Below, piece after piece: positions 9,416 to 21,801 of a stretch of DNA of 64,000 nucleotides. Origin of the DNA: Patescibacteria group bacterium. Its GTDB lineage: Bacteria > Patescibacteriota > Minisyncoccia > UBA6257 > UBA9933. A program made the position numbers and the translations under genes. The notes under the pieces were generated by a model that was not told where the DNA came from, made no database searches, and worked only from the letters and a program-made list of their open reading frames with translations. Numbering within the stretch: the first letter of the stretch is position 1; each line of letters starts with the position of its first letter. The stretch lies in contig JBBTPY010000006.1 of assembly GCA_038065955.1 (NCBI GenBank), positions 7,626 through 71,625 of the forward strand. The letters are read 5' to 3'.

Positions 9416-10909
9416 ATGAATTTTAAACGAATATTAAATATTTTAAATCCGCCGCTTCAAATCGGCGGTTTAGAAATTACGGATTTTGAATTAAGGTTCG
9501 TCGGTTTTAAAGGCGGCGCGCCTTTTTCAATTTCTTTAAAACTTGAGCCCGGGATTATTAAAGAAGGAGAAATTAAAAATACTGAAGCCTTTTTGAATAT
9601 TCTTTCTAAATTGCGTTTGGAAATAACTGGCGGCCGAAAGAAAAAAGTTTTCGCGGTCGTAATTATCCCGGACAATAATGTCTATGTTCAATCGTTTTAT
9701 TTGCCCGATGTTTCGGGCGAACGCCTTGAAGAAGCGGCCGAATTAAATTTACAGATGATTTCGCCGATAGAATATGGCGGCGCTTATTCCGATTGGCAGT
9801 TGGCGAACGGCGGCGAAAACGGCCGGTTGGAAGCGTTGGGAGTTTTTGCGCATAAAAAATTTATTGATGAAATAAATAAATTTTTAAAGCAAGCAGATTT
9901 TATGCCGGCGGCGATTGAATTTTCCGGCCTTTCTTTGGTTCGGTTGGCCGAGAATTCCGGCGCGGGCATTGACGTTTCAAAGCCTTATCTTTTGCTTCAT
10001 GTCGGCGGCAATGGTTTGAGTTTTAATCTTGTTAAAAATGGCAATCTTTATTTTAACCATTTTGTTTCCTGGCAGTCGGTTTATGAAGACAAGCGGGAAG
10101 TGCCCTTTGAGTCTTTTAAAAAATTAATTATTGAGGAAGTGAGGCGGATTTTGAATTTTTACGCCGCTCATTGGGACGGCCAGCTTGAAAACGCCGTTTT
10201 GGCGGCTCCCGGTTTGGTTGACGACATCGTTAAAGTCATTTCTGAAAATTTTGCTTTTAAAATTCAACCGCTTTCGCTTAAAAATTTTACGGATGTTTCG
10301 GCGGCTTGGTTTCCGGCTTTGGGAGCGGCATTTCGCGGTTTAATTCCGCGATCGCAGGATAATTTTATCGGCCTAAGGAAAGACGAGATTGAAAAAGAAT
10401 TTTACTTTGAAAAAGTAATCAGATTTATAAAAATATGGCGCAATGTCGTTTTAATGGCGTTTGCGGCGATGATTTTAATTTTCGGCGCCGCCGATTTGTT
10501 TTTAAAAAACACACTTAATTCTTTAAGCGCCCAAGCGGACGGTTTCAAAAATCGCGATGAAGTCAAATTGGTTGAATTGGAAAAATTTCAGAACCAAACC
10601 GGAGAAATCAATAAAAAAATAGATTTGGCGGTAAAATCTTATGGTGAGCGGCTGAGATGGTCTTTATTTTTGGAAAAAATTCGAGATTTGGCCGGCGCGG
10701 ATATTGTTATAGAAAAGATATTTATTCAATCGCCGGAGATGCCGGTTATTGTGAATGGGCTGGCGCCAGCCGAAAACGCCGCTTTGGATTTTAAAAAAAG
10801 GCTTATTGAAAGCGGATATTTCAATAATGTTGACCTTCCTGTTGATAAAATTATTCAAGCCGCCGGCGGCGTTAATTTTACGATCAATTTTATTCTTAAA
10901 AGTTTATAA
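9416..10909 (+). CDS. PilM-like actin-fold protein fused to a PilN-like membrane segment (type IV pilus alignment complex)
   Basis: ~350-aa cytoplasmic domain, then a TM helix ('VVLMAFAAMILIFGAADLFL'), then a ~120-aa C-terminal domain. Location in the pilus cluster supports the call. Confidence 0.45.
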   Translation: MNFKRILNILNPPLQIGGLEITDFELRFVGFKGGAPFSISLKLEPGIIKEGEIKNTEAFLNILSKLRLEITGGRKKKVFAVVIIPDNNVYVQSFYLPDVSGERLEEAAELNLQMISPIEYGGAYSDWQLANGGENGRLEALGVFAHKKFIDEINKFLKQADFMPAAIEFSGLSLVRLAENSGAGIDVSKPYLLLHVGGNGLSFNLVKNGNLYFNHFVSWQSVYEDKREVPFESFKKLIIEEVRRILNFYAAHWDGQLENAVLAAPGLVDDIVKVISENFAFKIQPLSLKNFTDVSAAWFPALGAAFRGLIPRSQDNFIGLRKDEIEKEFYFEKVIRFIKIWRNVVLMAFAAMILIFGAADLFLKNTLNSLSAQADGFKNRDEVKLVELEKFQNQTGEINKKIDLAVKSYGERLRWSLFLEKIRDLAGADIVIEKIFIQSPEMPVIVNGLAPAENAALDFKKRLIESGYFNNVDLPVDKIIQAAGGVNFTINFILKSL

Positions 10910-13477
<2,568 letters not shown>

Positions 13478-13484
13478 ATTTTTT

Positions 13485-14408
13485 ATGAAGAATGCGAAAA
13501 TTATTATGTTGTTTATTGTTTTCGTCGGGGTGGTTATTTATCTTGCGTTTAATTGGCAGATTTTGATTAAAAAAATTCAAACCCAGCTTGAATTTCGGCC
13601 GCTTTTCAGATTGCCGGTTAAAACAGAATTTGTAAAGACAAAAGGCGAAGCCGCGCCAATGGCAACATCGGTCGCGGCAATCGCGACTTCCGCGTCGGAA
13701 ATTCCGGATTATTTAATTCCTCTCGGATTTAAACGCGAAGAACTCAGTTCTTATTTTCAAAAAATAAGAATTTCTTCGGTTTCGCCGAGTTCATGGAGCA
13801 GTTATCCGGCCAGTCTCAGGCTTTATTCATATATTCAAAAAGGGGAATCAATTAACATTACGGGCTGGAAAATTAAAAGCAATCAACGCTCATTTGAAAT
13901 TTTTAAAAGCATTGATATTTATCGGTTGGAAGGTCCGTTTGACGAAACCGATATTATTTTACCGCAAAACGGCTCTTTGACGATTTACGGCGCCAAAAAT
14001 CCGTTCAATAAAAATCTCCGGCTTAACAAATGTTCCGGTTATTTGAATAATCTTTACGATTTTAATCCGGATTTGCCGCGTAATTGTCCTTTAATTTCGC
14101 GGGAAAGTTATAAAAATCTTTCAGGAGAGTGCCAATCATATATTATGTCTTTAGGCAGTTGCGAAATTCCGTCGGCCGATAATTATAATTCTTTCCCGGG
14201 CACCGACCAAGGCAACACTTGCCGGGCTTATTTAAACACTATCAGTTATGGCAATTGCTTTAATAAATACCGCAACGACGGAGATTTTCTTTTAAATGAA
14301 TGGTGGTTGTGGATTGATAAAAACACTTTTGATATTTTTGATTTGCGGCATGATGCTGTCAGGCTTTTTGACAAAGAAGGGAAATTAGTTGACCAGTACG
14401 TTTACTAA
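13485..14408 (+). CDS. Membrane-anchored Cys-rich extracytoplasmic protein, unknown function
   Basis: N-terminal TM helix. C-terminal half has 9 Cys in spaced pairs ('CSGY', 'CPLIS', 'GECQSY', 'GSCEIP', 'NTCRAY', 'GNCFNKY'). Confidence 0.35.
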   Translation: MKNAKIIMLFIVFVGVVIYLAFNWQILIKKIQTQLEFRPLFRLPVKTEFVKTKGEAAPMATSVAAIATSASEIPDYLIPLGFKREELSSYFQKIRISSVSPSSWSSYPASLRLYSYIQKGESINITGWKIKSNQRSFEIFKSIDIYRLEGPFDETDIILPQNGSLTIYGAKNPFNKNLRLNKCSGYLNNLYDFNPDLPRNCPLISRESYKNLSGECQSYIMSLGSCEIPSADNYNSFPGTDQGNTCRAYLNTISYGNCFNKYRNDGDFLLNEWWLWIDKNTFDIFDLRHDAVRLFDKEGKLVDQYVY

Positions 14409-15083
14409 GCCTCTTTTTACGATATTTATCGGGATTGCCAAACCGATGTTTTCGGCTTCCAAAAGCGCCACGGTGTTGATGCCGATAATTTCGCCTTTTA
14501 AATTAATTAACGGCCCGCCGGAGTTTCCCGGGTTGATGGCGGCGTCGGTTTGAATTAAATGGCGAATTTTATGGGCGGAAGAATTGATTTCGGTTTCAGC
14601 GGAAATGGTTCGGCCGAGTCCCGAGATAATGCCTTCGGAAACGGTGTTTTTAAAGCCATAGGCGTTGCCGAGAGCCAAAACGGTTTCGCCGAGCCGGATT
14701 TTATCGGAATCGCCGAGTTTGAGCGTCGGAAAATTTTTGTGTTTATTGGCGATTTGAAGAACGGCGATATCGTTATTTTTTTCCCAGCCGATAATTTTAG
14801 TTTTGTATTTTTTATTGTCGTTCGTGATAATTGCGTAATCGGCGCCGGGGTCGGCGATAATGTGTTTGCTGGTTAAAATAACGCCCGATTTGTCGATAAA
14901 AAATCCCGAGCCGCCGCCGATTTCAATATCGCCGTTGCGGTCGGCGATTTTTTTAAGTTTTTTCTTGTCTTTCGGACTGGTCATTTTTTTTGGAATTTTG
15001 GAAATATTTTCTGAAACCGTGATTGAAACTACGGCCGGCATTACCTTTTTAATTATTTTCGGTATTAAATTATTGTCGTTCAT
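14385..15083 (-). CDS. Trypsin-like serine protease (S1C/HtrA-like catalytic domain, no PDZ)
   Basis: 'GNSGGPLINLKGEIIGINT' oxyanion/Ser motif; His and Asp regions ('TSKHII', 'DIAVLQI') in the expected order. Confidence 0.8.
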   Translation of the reverse strand: MNDNNLIPKIIKKVMPAVVSITVSENISKIPKKMTSPKDKKKLKKIADRNGDIEIGGGSGFFIDKSGVILTSKHIIADPGADYAIITNDNKKYKTKIIGWEKNNDIAVLQIANKHKNFPTLKLGDSDKIRLGETVLALGNAYGFKNTVSEGIISGLGRTISAETEINSSAHKIRHLIQTDAAINPGNSGGPLINLKGEIIGINTVALLEAENIGLAIPINIVKRGLVNVLVN

Positions 15084-15134
15084 TTATTAGTTATTAATGC
15101 GGTGCCTTTCGCCCAAAATCCTAATTTTGAAAAT

Positions 15135-15224
15135 TGGCGGAGGGTAGAGGATTTGAACCTCTGAGGGGATTTCTCCCCAAGCGCATTTCGAGTGCGCCGC
15201 ACTAGACCACTATGCGAACCCTCC
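15135..15224 (-). tRNA. tRNA-Ser (anticodon CGA) with long variable arm; CCA encoded
   Basis: Minus-strand reverse complement folds as cloverleaf. Acceptor GGAGGGT/ACCCTCC; anticodon stem GCGCA/TGCGC with loop CUCGAAA; long variable arm; T-arm GGTTCAAAT. Confidence 0.8.
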
Positions 15225-15232
15225 ATGCCCTA

Positions 15233-15303
15233 TGCCCTCGCGAGGAATCGAACCTCGATTTTAGGTTTAGGAAACCCACGTCCTATCCGTTGAACGACAA
15301 GGG
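15233..15303 (-). tRNA. tRNA-Arg (anticodon CCT); CCA not encoded
   Basis: Reverse complement GCCCTTG...CGAGGGCA; anticodon stem TGGGT/ACCTA with loop TTCCTAA; T-arm GGTTCGATTCC. Confidence 0.75.
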
Positions 15304-15384
15304 CGGTTTGATTTAGTTTATCTTTTTTATTTGAAAGTTGCAATTAAATTAAATTTTAAGTAATATTTTCAATATATTTTAAGC

Positions 15385-15455
15385 GGGCCTATAGTAAAAT
15401 GGTATTACATCTCCATGGCATGGAGAAGGTAGGAGTTCGATTCTCCTTAGGTCCA
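15385..15455 (+). tRNA. tRNA-Ala (anticodon GGC) with G3:U70; CCA not encoded
   Basis: Acceptor GGGCCTA/TAGGTCC with G3-U70 wobble (Ala identity element); D stem GTAA/TTAC; anticodon stem TCTCC/GGAGA with loop ATGGCAT; T-arm AGGAGTTCGATTCTCCT. Confidence 0.75.
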
Positions 15456-15650
15456 CTGTATGATACTTCGAGCCGGAGAATTGCTGATTAAGCTCGAAGA
15501 TTACTGACAATTTTGCGGTTCCAAATCCTTTATTTCGCGTGTACGGAATTCCCTCAGATTTATATTGATTTTCCATTTTCATATTTATTCTCATTTTTCG
15601 GCTACTTTTGCATACAATCGGATATAGCCGTTATATACGATTTTGGGCTG

Positions 15651-15677
15651 TTGACTTGTTCCACAATCTACTATAAT
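15651..15677 (+). promoter_or_regulatory. Candidate sigma70-type promoter (TTGACT, 15-nt spacer, TATAAT) upstream of the first island gene
   Basis: TTGACT at 15651-15656 and TATAAT at 15672-15677, ~50 nt upstream of the ATG at 15729. Confidence 0.3.
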
Positions 15678-15728
15678 CTAATATAGTTAAAGTATAAGAT
15701 AATTTACTTGTAGTGAGTTTATCGAACT

Positions 15729-16118
15729 ATGGCAAAAATCCATATCAAAAAGTTTTTACCCGACGGCGCTATTAACCCGGAGTATTTAGAGGAGTTGAAG
15801 CGTCGGACACTTATTCAAAGCACGGCTTCATCTTTGCGGCTTTCTGGCATTAAGATTACCGAGAAAGAAGTTGAACTAATTGTTAATCGCCCGGCGTCCA
15901 ATTCTGTTTTCCATAAAAACATAGAAAAGATTTTATCGCCAAAACAGCTGGCGGTTTTGAAGTATCTGCAAAGCGTGGAAGAAGCCGCTCCCGGCGAAAT
16001 TGCTAAAAAAGCAAAAGTTGCCAGACCCACAGTCAATCAAGCGTTAGACAAGCTTTTGCGCCTCAAAAAAGTCGAACGGATCGGCCTTGGAAGAAGTACG
16101 AGATATAGGAAATTATGA
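15729..16118 (+). CDS. Small winged-helix DNA-binding protein; N-terminal motif shared with ORF 27172
   Basis: C-terminal wHTH ('IAKKAKVARPTVNQALDKLLRLKKVERIG'). N-terminal 'RRTLIQSTASSLRLSGIKITEKEVELIV' is paralogous to 'RKTLIESTGASVRLSGLKITNEEVEKII' at 27172. Confidence 0.45.
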   Translation: MAKIHIKKFLPDGAINPEYLEELKRRTLIQSTASSLRLSGIKITEKEVELIVNRPASNSVFHKNIEKILSPKQLAVLKYLQSVEEAAPGEIAKKAKVARPTVNQALDKLLRLKKVERIGLGRSTRYRKL

Positions 16119-16220
16119 AAATAAAGGATTTACCAAAATCGGATAGGCCGCGGGAGAAGCTCGAGAAATATGGACCCGAGCGGCTTTCGAATTCATGGCT
16201 TTTGATGATAAATTAAAACT

Positions 16221-18113
16221 ATGAATAATAACGGCGTACATCGCAAAAAGGATTCGGCGCGGATTGTGTGGGATTCAAAGCCACATCGCGCGCCGAATCC
16301 GAAAGATATTGAATTTCAAACAGCCGAGGTGGTGATTCCGAACCCAGAAACCGCCGGGCAGTTGCCGATGTCTTTTCAGGATAGACTGCTGGGAGAGGAA
16401 GAACTAGACAAGCAAAAAATGAACCGCCTCATTTGGGGCGACAATCTGCTCGCGATGCAGGCGCTTTTGAATCAGGGGTACGAGGGCAAAATCAATCTCA
16501 TCTACATTGATCCGCCGTTTGATTCTAAAGCGGACTATTCGCATAAAATAAAGCTCGGCGAAACCGAATTTACCAAAGAGCCGAGCGTGATTGAGCGGCT
16601 TGCCTACAAAGACACTTGGGCCGGCGGCACGGATTCTTATCTTGATATGCTTTACCCACGCCTGCAACTAATGAAGCGGCTCCTGTCAGACAACGGATCG
16701 ATTTATGTGCATATTGGTGGTCATGTTAATGCTTACGTTAGACTATTGTTAGACGAAGTATTTGGCACAGACAACCTGATTAACGAGATCACGTGGTTTT
16801 ATAAAAATAAACTACAATCAAAACTATCTCAATTTTTCCCGAAAGATACCGAAAGTGTATTCGTTTTTGCAAAAAAATATGGCGATCATCAATTTCATCA
16901 TCAATATATTAAATTAGATGAGCCACGCAAACAAAATAAGATAAAATGGGATCCAGTCCACAAGAAGACTGTTACCGTAAAGGACGAAGCGGGCAATGTA
17001 GTTTATTATCAATCTGATCAAAAATTGATTGGCCAAATGTGGGAAATACCACGCGTCAATTCTATGGCAAAAGAAGACACGGGATATGATACACAAAAAC
17101 CACATGAGCTCATGGAAAGAATAATTAAAGCCGGTTCATCCGAGGGAGATTTAGTGGCAGATTTCTTTTGTGGGTCTGGTACCACACTTGCTCTTGCAGA
17201 AAAACTCAACCGCCGATGGATCGGGTGCGAATTGGGAAAAGTCGGCATACAAGTCACGCGGGGGCGGATGGTGGAGATGAAAAGCAAACCATTTCTGATT
17301 GAAAATATCGGCAATTATCAGCGCGAGATGATTTATCTGGGTGGCGCACGGATTTACGAGATGCAGAGAATTATTTTGAAACTCTACGGCGCGGAGCCGA
17401 TGGACGGGCGTAAAGATTTAGGCGTGAGAAAAACGGAGGATGGAACGCTGGAACTGGTCTATTGCGGCTATCCCGATAGGGCAGTTGCGGCGCATAAGGT
17501 GGAAGATTTGGCGAAGGAAGCGCAAATGCTTGATGGCACGGGCTACAAGAGACTCGTGATTCTGGCGTGGGATTATGAATACAATTATGACGAGCTTTTA
17601 CAAACGCGGATAAAAGCCGCGGGCAAGGATATAAAAACGGAAATTGTCAGCCGTCAGATTCCGCCGGACATTTACGAATACTTAAAACAAACAAAATCAG
17701 AAGAAGATATTGAGCGGTTTTCGGACAAAGTGAAGTTTTTAGAAAAACCGTATTTGAAGCTAAAAAAACCGAAAGTGAAAGACAATTCGGTTACTATCGG
17801 CATTGAAAAGTATGTGCTATATGATTTCCCGCTTGGAAGTGGCAAAAAAGCGGGCGAAGACCACCAACAACTGATGCGACTTGTCAAAGACAATTTCGCC
17901 ATTTTGATTGACTACTGGGCAGTGGATTGGGACTACGACGAATTGACCTTCAAAAGCCATTGGCAGGATTTGCGCGGGAATGGCCGAAAAGCAAAAGTAG
18001 TAGCAACAGAGAAAGAACATTCGTATGAAAAATCCGGGAAGCACACAATTGCCGTGCGCGTGGTGGACATTTTTGGCAACGATGCCACGGCTACGATTGA
18101 TATAAAGACATAA
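16221..18113 (+). CDS. mod: Beta-class N6-adenine/N4-cytosine DNA methyltransferase, Type III Mod-like
   Basis: Motif IV 'IYIDPPF' lies N-terminal to motif I 'DFFCGSGTTLALAEKL' (beta-class order). Middle region is variable (TRD-like). Immediately upstream of a Res-like helicase-nuclease. Confidence 0.8.
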   Translation: MNNNGVHRKKDSARIVWDSKPHRAPNPKDIEFQTAEVVIPNPETAGQLPMSFQDRLLGEEELDKQKMNRLIWGDNLLAMQALLNQGYEGKINLIYIDPPFDSKADYSHKIKLGETEFTKEPSVIERLAYKDTWAGGTDSYLDMLYPRLQLMKRLLSDNGSIYVHIGGHVNAYVRLLLDEVFGTDNLINEITWFYKNKLQSKLSQFFPKDTESVFVFAKKYGDHQFHHQYIKLDEPRKQNKIKWDPVHKKTVTVKDEAGNVVYYQSDQKLIGQMWEIPRVNSMAKEDTGYDTQKPHELMERIIKAGSSEGDLVADFFCGSGTTLALAEKLNRRWIGCELGKVGIQVTRGRMVEMKSKPFLIENIGNYQREMIYLGGARIYEMQRIILKLYGAEPMDGRKDLGVRKTEDGTLELVYCGYPDRAVAAHKVEDLAKEAQMLDGTGYKRLVILAWDYEYNYDELLQTRIKAAGKDIKTEIVSRQIPPDIYEYLKQTKSEEDIERFSDKVKFLEKPYLKLKKPKVKDNSVTIGIEKYVLYDFPLGSGKKAGEDHQQLMRLVKDNFAILIDYWAVDWDYDELTFKSHWQDLRGNGRKAKVVATEKEHSYEKSGKHTIAVRVVDIFGNDATATIDIKT

Positions 18114-18117
18114 TCCT

Positions 18118-20961
18118 ATGACAAAGAAAATCCACAATAATTTACTCAATGAATTACCGCTTGCCGCGATACTTGCACCGGAAGTAAAGGCGTGGGCGGA
18201 TCAGGGCTGGCAAGGCGTAACGCAGACGACCTACGAACTTTTGGCGTATTGGTTTAATCGTGGGGAAGAAGACGGCGATGGATTTCATAAATGTCAGCGC
18301 CGTGCGGTGGAGACGATTATTTACTGCCATGAAGTTTTGGGTATTGAAACACTCAAACAGGCATTTGAAAGATTTGCTCCCGAAGCGTTGGCGGCAAGCG
18401 CGGCTCTTTCGGAAGAAGTGCAGAATTTACCTTTTGCGAAATATTGTCTCAAAATGGCAACCGGTACCGGCAAGACATGGGTTTTGGCCGCACTTTTAGT
18501 ATGGCAATATTTCAACGCCCTGAACGGCGAGCGGCCGGGAAAATATTCCTCACATTTTTTGCTCGTTGCGCCTGGACATGAGGTATTGAATCGTTTGCTG
18601 GATATGTTTTTAGGAAAGCATAACCCGAAAACCGGCAATCGCGACAAATCAAAATCGGATTTTGAGCGACCGCTTTTTATACCAGAGGGCGAGCGGTTTC
18701 GCAATCGTTTTAATCTGCAAGTTTTGGAACCGGCGGACATCCGACCAAATCTTACGCCGCCGGACGAGCCGTTTGTGTATATCACTAACTGGCAGCAGTT
18801 TCGTTTGAACGAATCCAGCAACTTATGGGATCAACTAACTGGCGCTGATGTGGAGGAACAGCCGCGCGGCGAAATCATTGCCGATTTTCTTTCCGAGTAT
18901 TCAGATTTAATTATTTTCAATGACGAGGCGCACCATGTCCATGGCGCTAAAACCGCTAAAGGCGAGGAGTTGGTGTGGCGGAAATTCTTAACCGCTCTGT
19001 ATAACCGAATGGCGGAAAAGCGCGGCGATGAGAAAGGCGTATTTTTACAAATTGATTTTTCCGCTACGCCATTTTATGGCAGCGCGGAGAAAAAAGAGTA
19101 CTTCCCCCATATCGTCTATGATTTTGATTTAGTGGAAGCGATGCGGGCGATGCTCGTGAAGCAGATATTTTTGGAAGAACGGCAGGGAATGATGGGCGAG
19201 AAAATGGATGACCTTGATGTGCGCGCCGAACGAGCCGAAGCCGACGACGAACACCGGCGCGGGCAAGTTATCGGTGTTTCCGTGAGCCAGAAACTGCTTT
19301 TAGACATCGGCAGAAAAAAGATGGAGCAGATCGCCGTGGAATTTCGCGAAAAAGGACTGGATAAAAAACCGGTGCTTTTCGTGCTTGCGGAAAATACCGA
19401 GGTGGCTGATTTGGTTGCCGAGCATTTGGCAAATTTGACCGACGAGCGTGGCAGAAACTATCGCAATCAAGTTCTTGTAATTCACTCTGATAAAAAAGGC
19501 GAAATGAGCGACAAGGATTGGGAAAAGTATCGCCAGCAGTTGGAAACGCTAGATGAGCCAGAGGAAATAAACCAGATTCGCGTCGTGGTAAGCGTCTTGA
19601 TGTTGCGCGAGGGTTTTGACACTCAAAATGTGGCGGTGGTAGTGGTTTTGCGGAGCGCGAAAGCTGATCTCCTTTTGGAACAGATTGTCGGGCGCGGCGT
19701 ACGACTGATGTTCCCGGAATACAAATACCCAGAACTTGCGGACTTGAAGCGAGAGGCGCGGGAAGATGTGATGCGAAAGCGCGCGCCGAAAAACTCTTTG
19801 GACTTTTTGTTTGTTGTTGAACACCCAAAATTTCGAGGTTTCTATGAAGAATTACAGAAACAGGGATATGCGATTGGTATTGGCGATTCGTCGAGCACGG
19901 AAACAACCGGCGATTTGATTTTGTCGGAAGCCACACCCGAAAGAATTAAAAAATACGATCTCTCTTGGCCGATACAGGTATATGAACAGTCGCCGAAGTT
20001 TGATTTTTCCGCCATAGGCATTTCGGGGTTACCGAAGTATTCCATTCCGTTTGAGATGCTCAAAAAACAACTTTCCCAAATCTCCATCACAGAAACACAC
20101 GCCGAGACGGGTGGAAAAATAAAAACATGGAAACTGGACAATCAGTATTTTGATTACGCCCATTTCTTGCGCCAAGCAACAATCGCGGTGGCTTCCGAGC
20201 GCGGCACGAACACACTCACTAGCAAGATGGCAGATATTACCGGAATTATTGACGAGTATGTAAGTAATTATTTATTCGGCGGCGAGATTGACTTTCAGAA
20301 GGCCGAAAATTATACGGTCCTCAATTACGCACCGCTTTTTGATTTTGTTGTCGGGAGCGTCAAGCGAGTATTGTTGGATGGCTTGGGTAAAATTCAATAC
20401 GAAGTGAAAGCGGGAAAAGTTGGCAGGTTGAGCGATATAAAAAAGATTTATGTGCGGCAATCGCTATCTGTGCCGGTGGAGCGGTGTATTTATCCGCTCG
20501 CCGGATATTCGCGGCGAGGTGAAGGATTTGAGAAAAAGTTTATGGAGGAAACTTTGGATAAATCCACCGAGGTGGAAGCGTTTGGAAAAATTCAACAGAG
20601 AAAACACCTGCTCAACATTTCCTATCGGGACAAAGACGGAATCAAGCGCGACTATTTCCCCGACTTCGTTATCAAGATAAAAGACAAAATGTATATCGTG
20701 GAAACGAAAGCCGAGGACGAAATACAGAAGGCGGAAGGCAACGAAAAGAATTTGATCGTTTTGAAGGCGCGCGCGGCCGTGAGTTGGTGCAAAACAGCAA
20801 GTCAAATATCGCTCCCGAACCAGCCGCAGGAATGGGAGTATTTTATGTTATCTGAAAAGACATTCAATGAAAACCGGCAATTGGGCTTTGATGCGCTGGC
20901 CGACTTGGGTAGATTGGATTTGGAGCGGCTTTTGACGAGTGAAGCGGGGAAGCTGTTTTGA
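18118..20961 (+). CDS. res: Type III restriction enzyme Res subunit (SF2 helicase plus PD-(D/E)xK nuclease)
   Basis: Walker A 'MATGTGKTWV'; DEAH box 'IIFNDEAHHV'; downstream helicase motifs; C-terminal 'DFVIKIKDKMYIVETKAEDE' nuclease core. Confidence 0.8.
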   Translation: MTKKIHNNLLNELPLAAILAPEVKAWADQGWQGVTQTTYELLAYWFNRGEEDGDGFHKCQRRAVETIIYCHEVLGIETLKQAFERFAPEALAASAALSEEVQNLPFAKYCLKMATGTGKTWVLAALLVWQYFNALNGERPGKYSSHFLLVAPGHEVLNRLLDMFLGKHNPKTGNRDKSKSDFERPLFIPEGERFRNRFNLQVLEPADIRPNLTPPDEPFVYITNWQQFRLNESSNLWDQLTGADVEEQPRGEIIADFLSEYSDLIIFNDEAHHVHGAKTAKGEELVWRKFLTALYNRMAEKRGDEKGVFLQIDFSATPFYGSAEKKEYFPHIVYDFDLVEAMRAMLVKQIFLEERQGMMGEKMDDLDVRAERAEADDEHRRGQVIGVSVSQKLLLDIGRKKMEQIAVEFREKGLDKKPVLFVLAENTEVADLVAEHLANLTDERGRNYRNQVLVIHSDKKGEMSDKDWEKYRQQLETLDEPEEINQIRVVVSVLMLREGFDTQNVAVVVVLRSAKADLLLEQIVGRGVRLMFPEYKYPELADLKREAREDVMRKRAPKNSLDFLFVVEHPKFRGFYEELQKQGYAIGIGDSSSTETTGDLILSEATPERIKKYDLSWPIQVYEQSPKFDFSAIGISGLPKYSIPFEMLKKQLSQISITETHAETGGKIKTWKLDNQYFDYAHFLRQATIAVASERGTNTLTSKMADITGIIDEYVSNYLFGGEIDFQKAENYTVLNYAPLFDFVVGSVKRVLLDGLGKIQYEVKAGKVGRLSDIKKIYVRQSLSVPVERCIYPLAGYSRRGEGFEKKFMEETLDKSTEVEAFGKIQQRKHLLNISYRDKDGIKRDYFPDFVIKIKDKMYIVETKAEDEIQKAEGNEKNLIVLKARAAVSWCKTASQISLPNQPQEWEYFMLSEKTFNENRQLGFDALADLGRLDLERLLTSEAGKLF

Positions 20962-20965
20962 ATTT

Positions 20966-21085
20966 ATGATAGAAAAACAAACAAAAGTCCGCGACTACGA
21001 AAAACAAATTGACCAGCTCGTCTATAAACTCTACGGCCTCACCCCGGAGGAGATTAAAATTGTTGAGAATAATAATAAAAAATGA
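20966..21085 (+). CDS. 39-aa ORF ending in a 'LYGLTxEEIKIVE'-type motif (remnant of an RM-methylase C-terminal tail, or a small coupled peptide)
   Basis: ATG 5 nt after the res stop. Its stop overlaps the next ATG (ATGA). Sequence 'MIEKQTKVRDYEKQIDQLVYKLYGLTPEEIKIVENNNKK'. Confidence 0.3.
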   Translation: MIEKQTKVRDYEKQIDQLVYKLYGLTPEEIKIVENNNKK

Positions 21086-21801
21086 CCACCGAGGATTACA
21101 ATTTATATAAATTACTTATCGAAGCGATAATAGCAATCGTCTCTCTTTTAGTTGGTGGAGTAATGGGTATTTATGTAGAAAATAGGTGGAAAATAGTGAA
21201 AAAAGTTAAAAGCCGCATAAATCAGAAAGGTTATGTAAATCAAGCAGTCGAAGTTATTGATAGTCCGCATTCTTCTCCTCAAAATGCTGGTGGCGATGCA
21301 CTTAGACAAGAAGGCGCGGGGGTTCTTGCATCCATTAAAGATAGCCCAGGTGCCTCAATAAACTTTGCGAATAATGAACCCAGGGTCGGGAGCCCCGATG
21401 AAGCTCTTGGGACAAGTTCTTTGCCCACGGAAAGTGAGCGTATTTCTTTGAGTTCGAATCAGGCGCATATTTATCAGAAAGTTCAAGAAATTCTCCAAAA
21501 ACTGAATAAAAACACTACTTTTGCAGCCAGATACCAAAATGCAATCCGTCATTTGAACAGTAATAATGCACAGGTCTGTGCTTCTGAATATCACAGCGCC
21601 TTTCTCGATGTCGTTCCAATTATTTTAGAGCGTTCCACATATGGCAGTTCTGCTCCTACAAAAGATAATTTGGACGCTCTGAACAAATCTTTTGAACAAA
21701 TCCGAGTATTTATGAACACCTCTTCTCACGACGATGCAACGCTGGGAAATACTCTAAAAAGCTTTGAGGATGCCATTCTAATTTTACTTGGTTATCTATG
21801 A
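21082..21801 (+). CDS. Membrane-anchored hypothetical protein (239 aa) in the RM-linked operon
   Basis: N-terminal TM helix, Pro/Ser-rich linker, alpha-helical C-terminal domain. Start and stop codons overlap the flanking genes. Confidence 0.4.
   Translation: MTTEDYNLYKLLIEAIIAIVSLLVGGVMGIYVENRWKIVKKVKSRINQKGYVNQAVEVIDSPHSSPQNAGGDALRQEGAGVLASIKDSPGASINFANNEPRVGSPDEALGTSSLPTESERISLSSNQAHIYQKVQEILQKLNKNTTFAARYQNAIRHLNSNNAQVCASEYHSAFLDVVPIILERSTYGSSAPTKDNLDALNKSFEQIRVFMNTSSHDDATLGNTLKSFEDAILILLGYL

Noticed and set aside
19268-19936. 222-aa antisense ORF (and several other long antisense ORFs) inside the res gene
   Set aside because: Lies entirely within and antisense to a well-supported helicase gene. 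The sense frame carries the conserved motifs, and the antisense ORF has a low-complexity R/S/P-rich product typical of GC-rich shadow ORFs.
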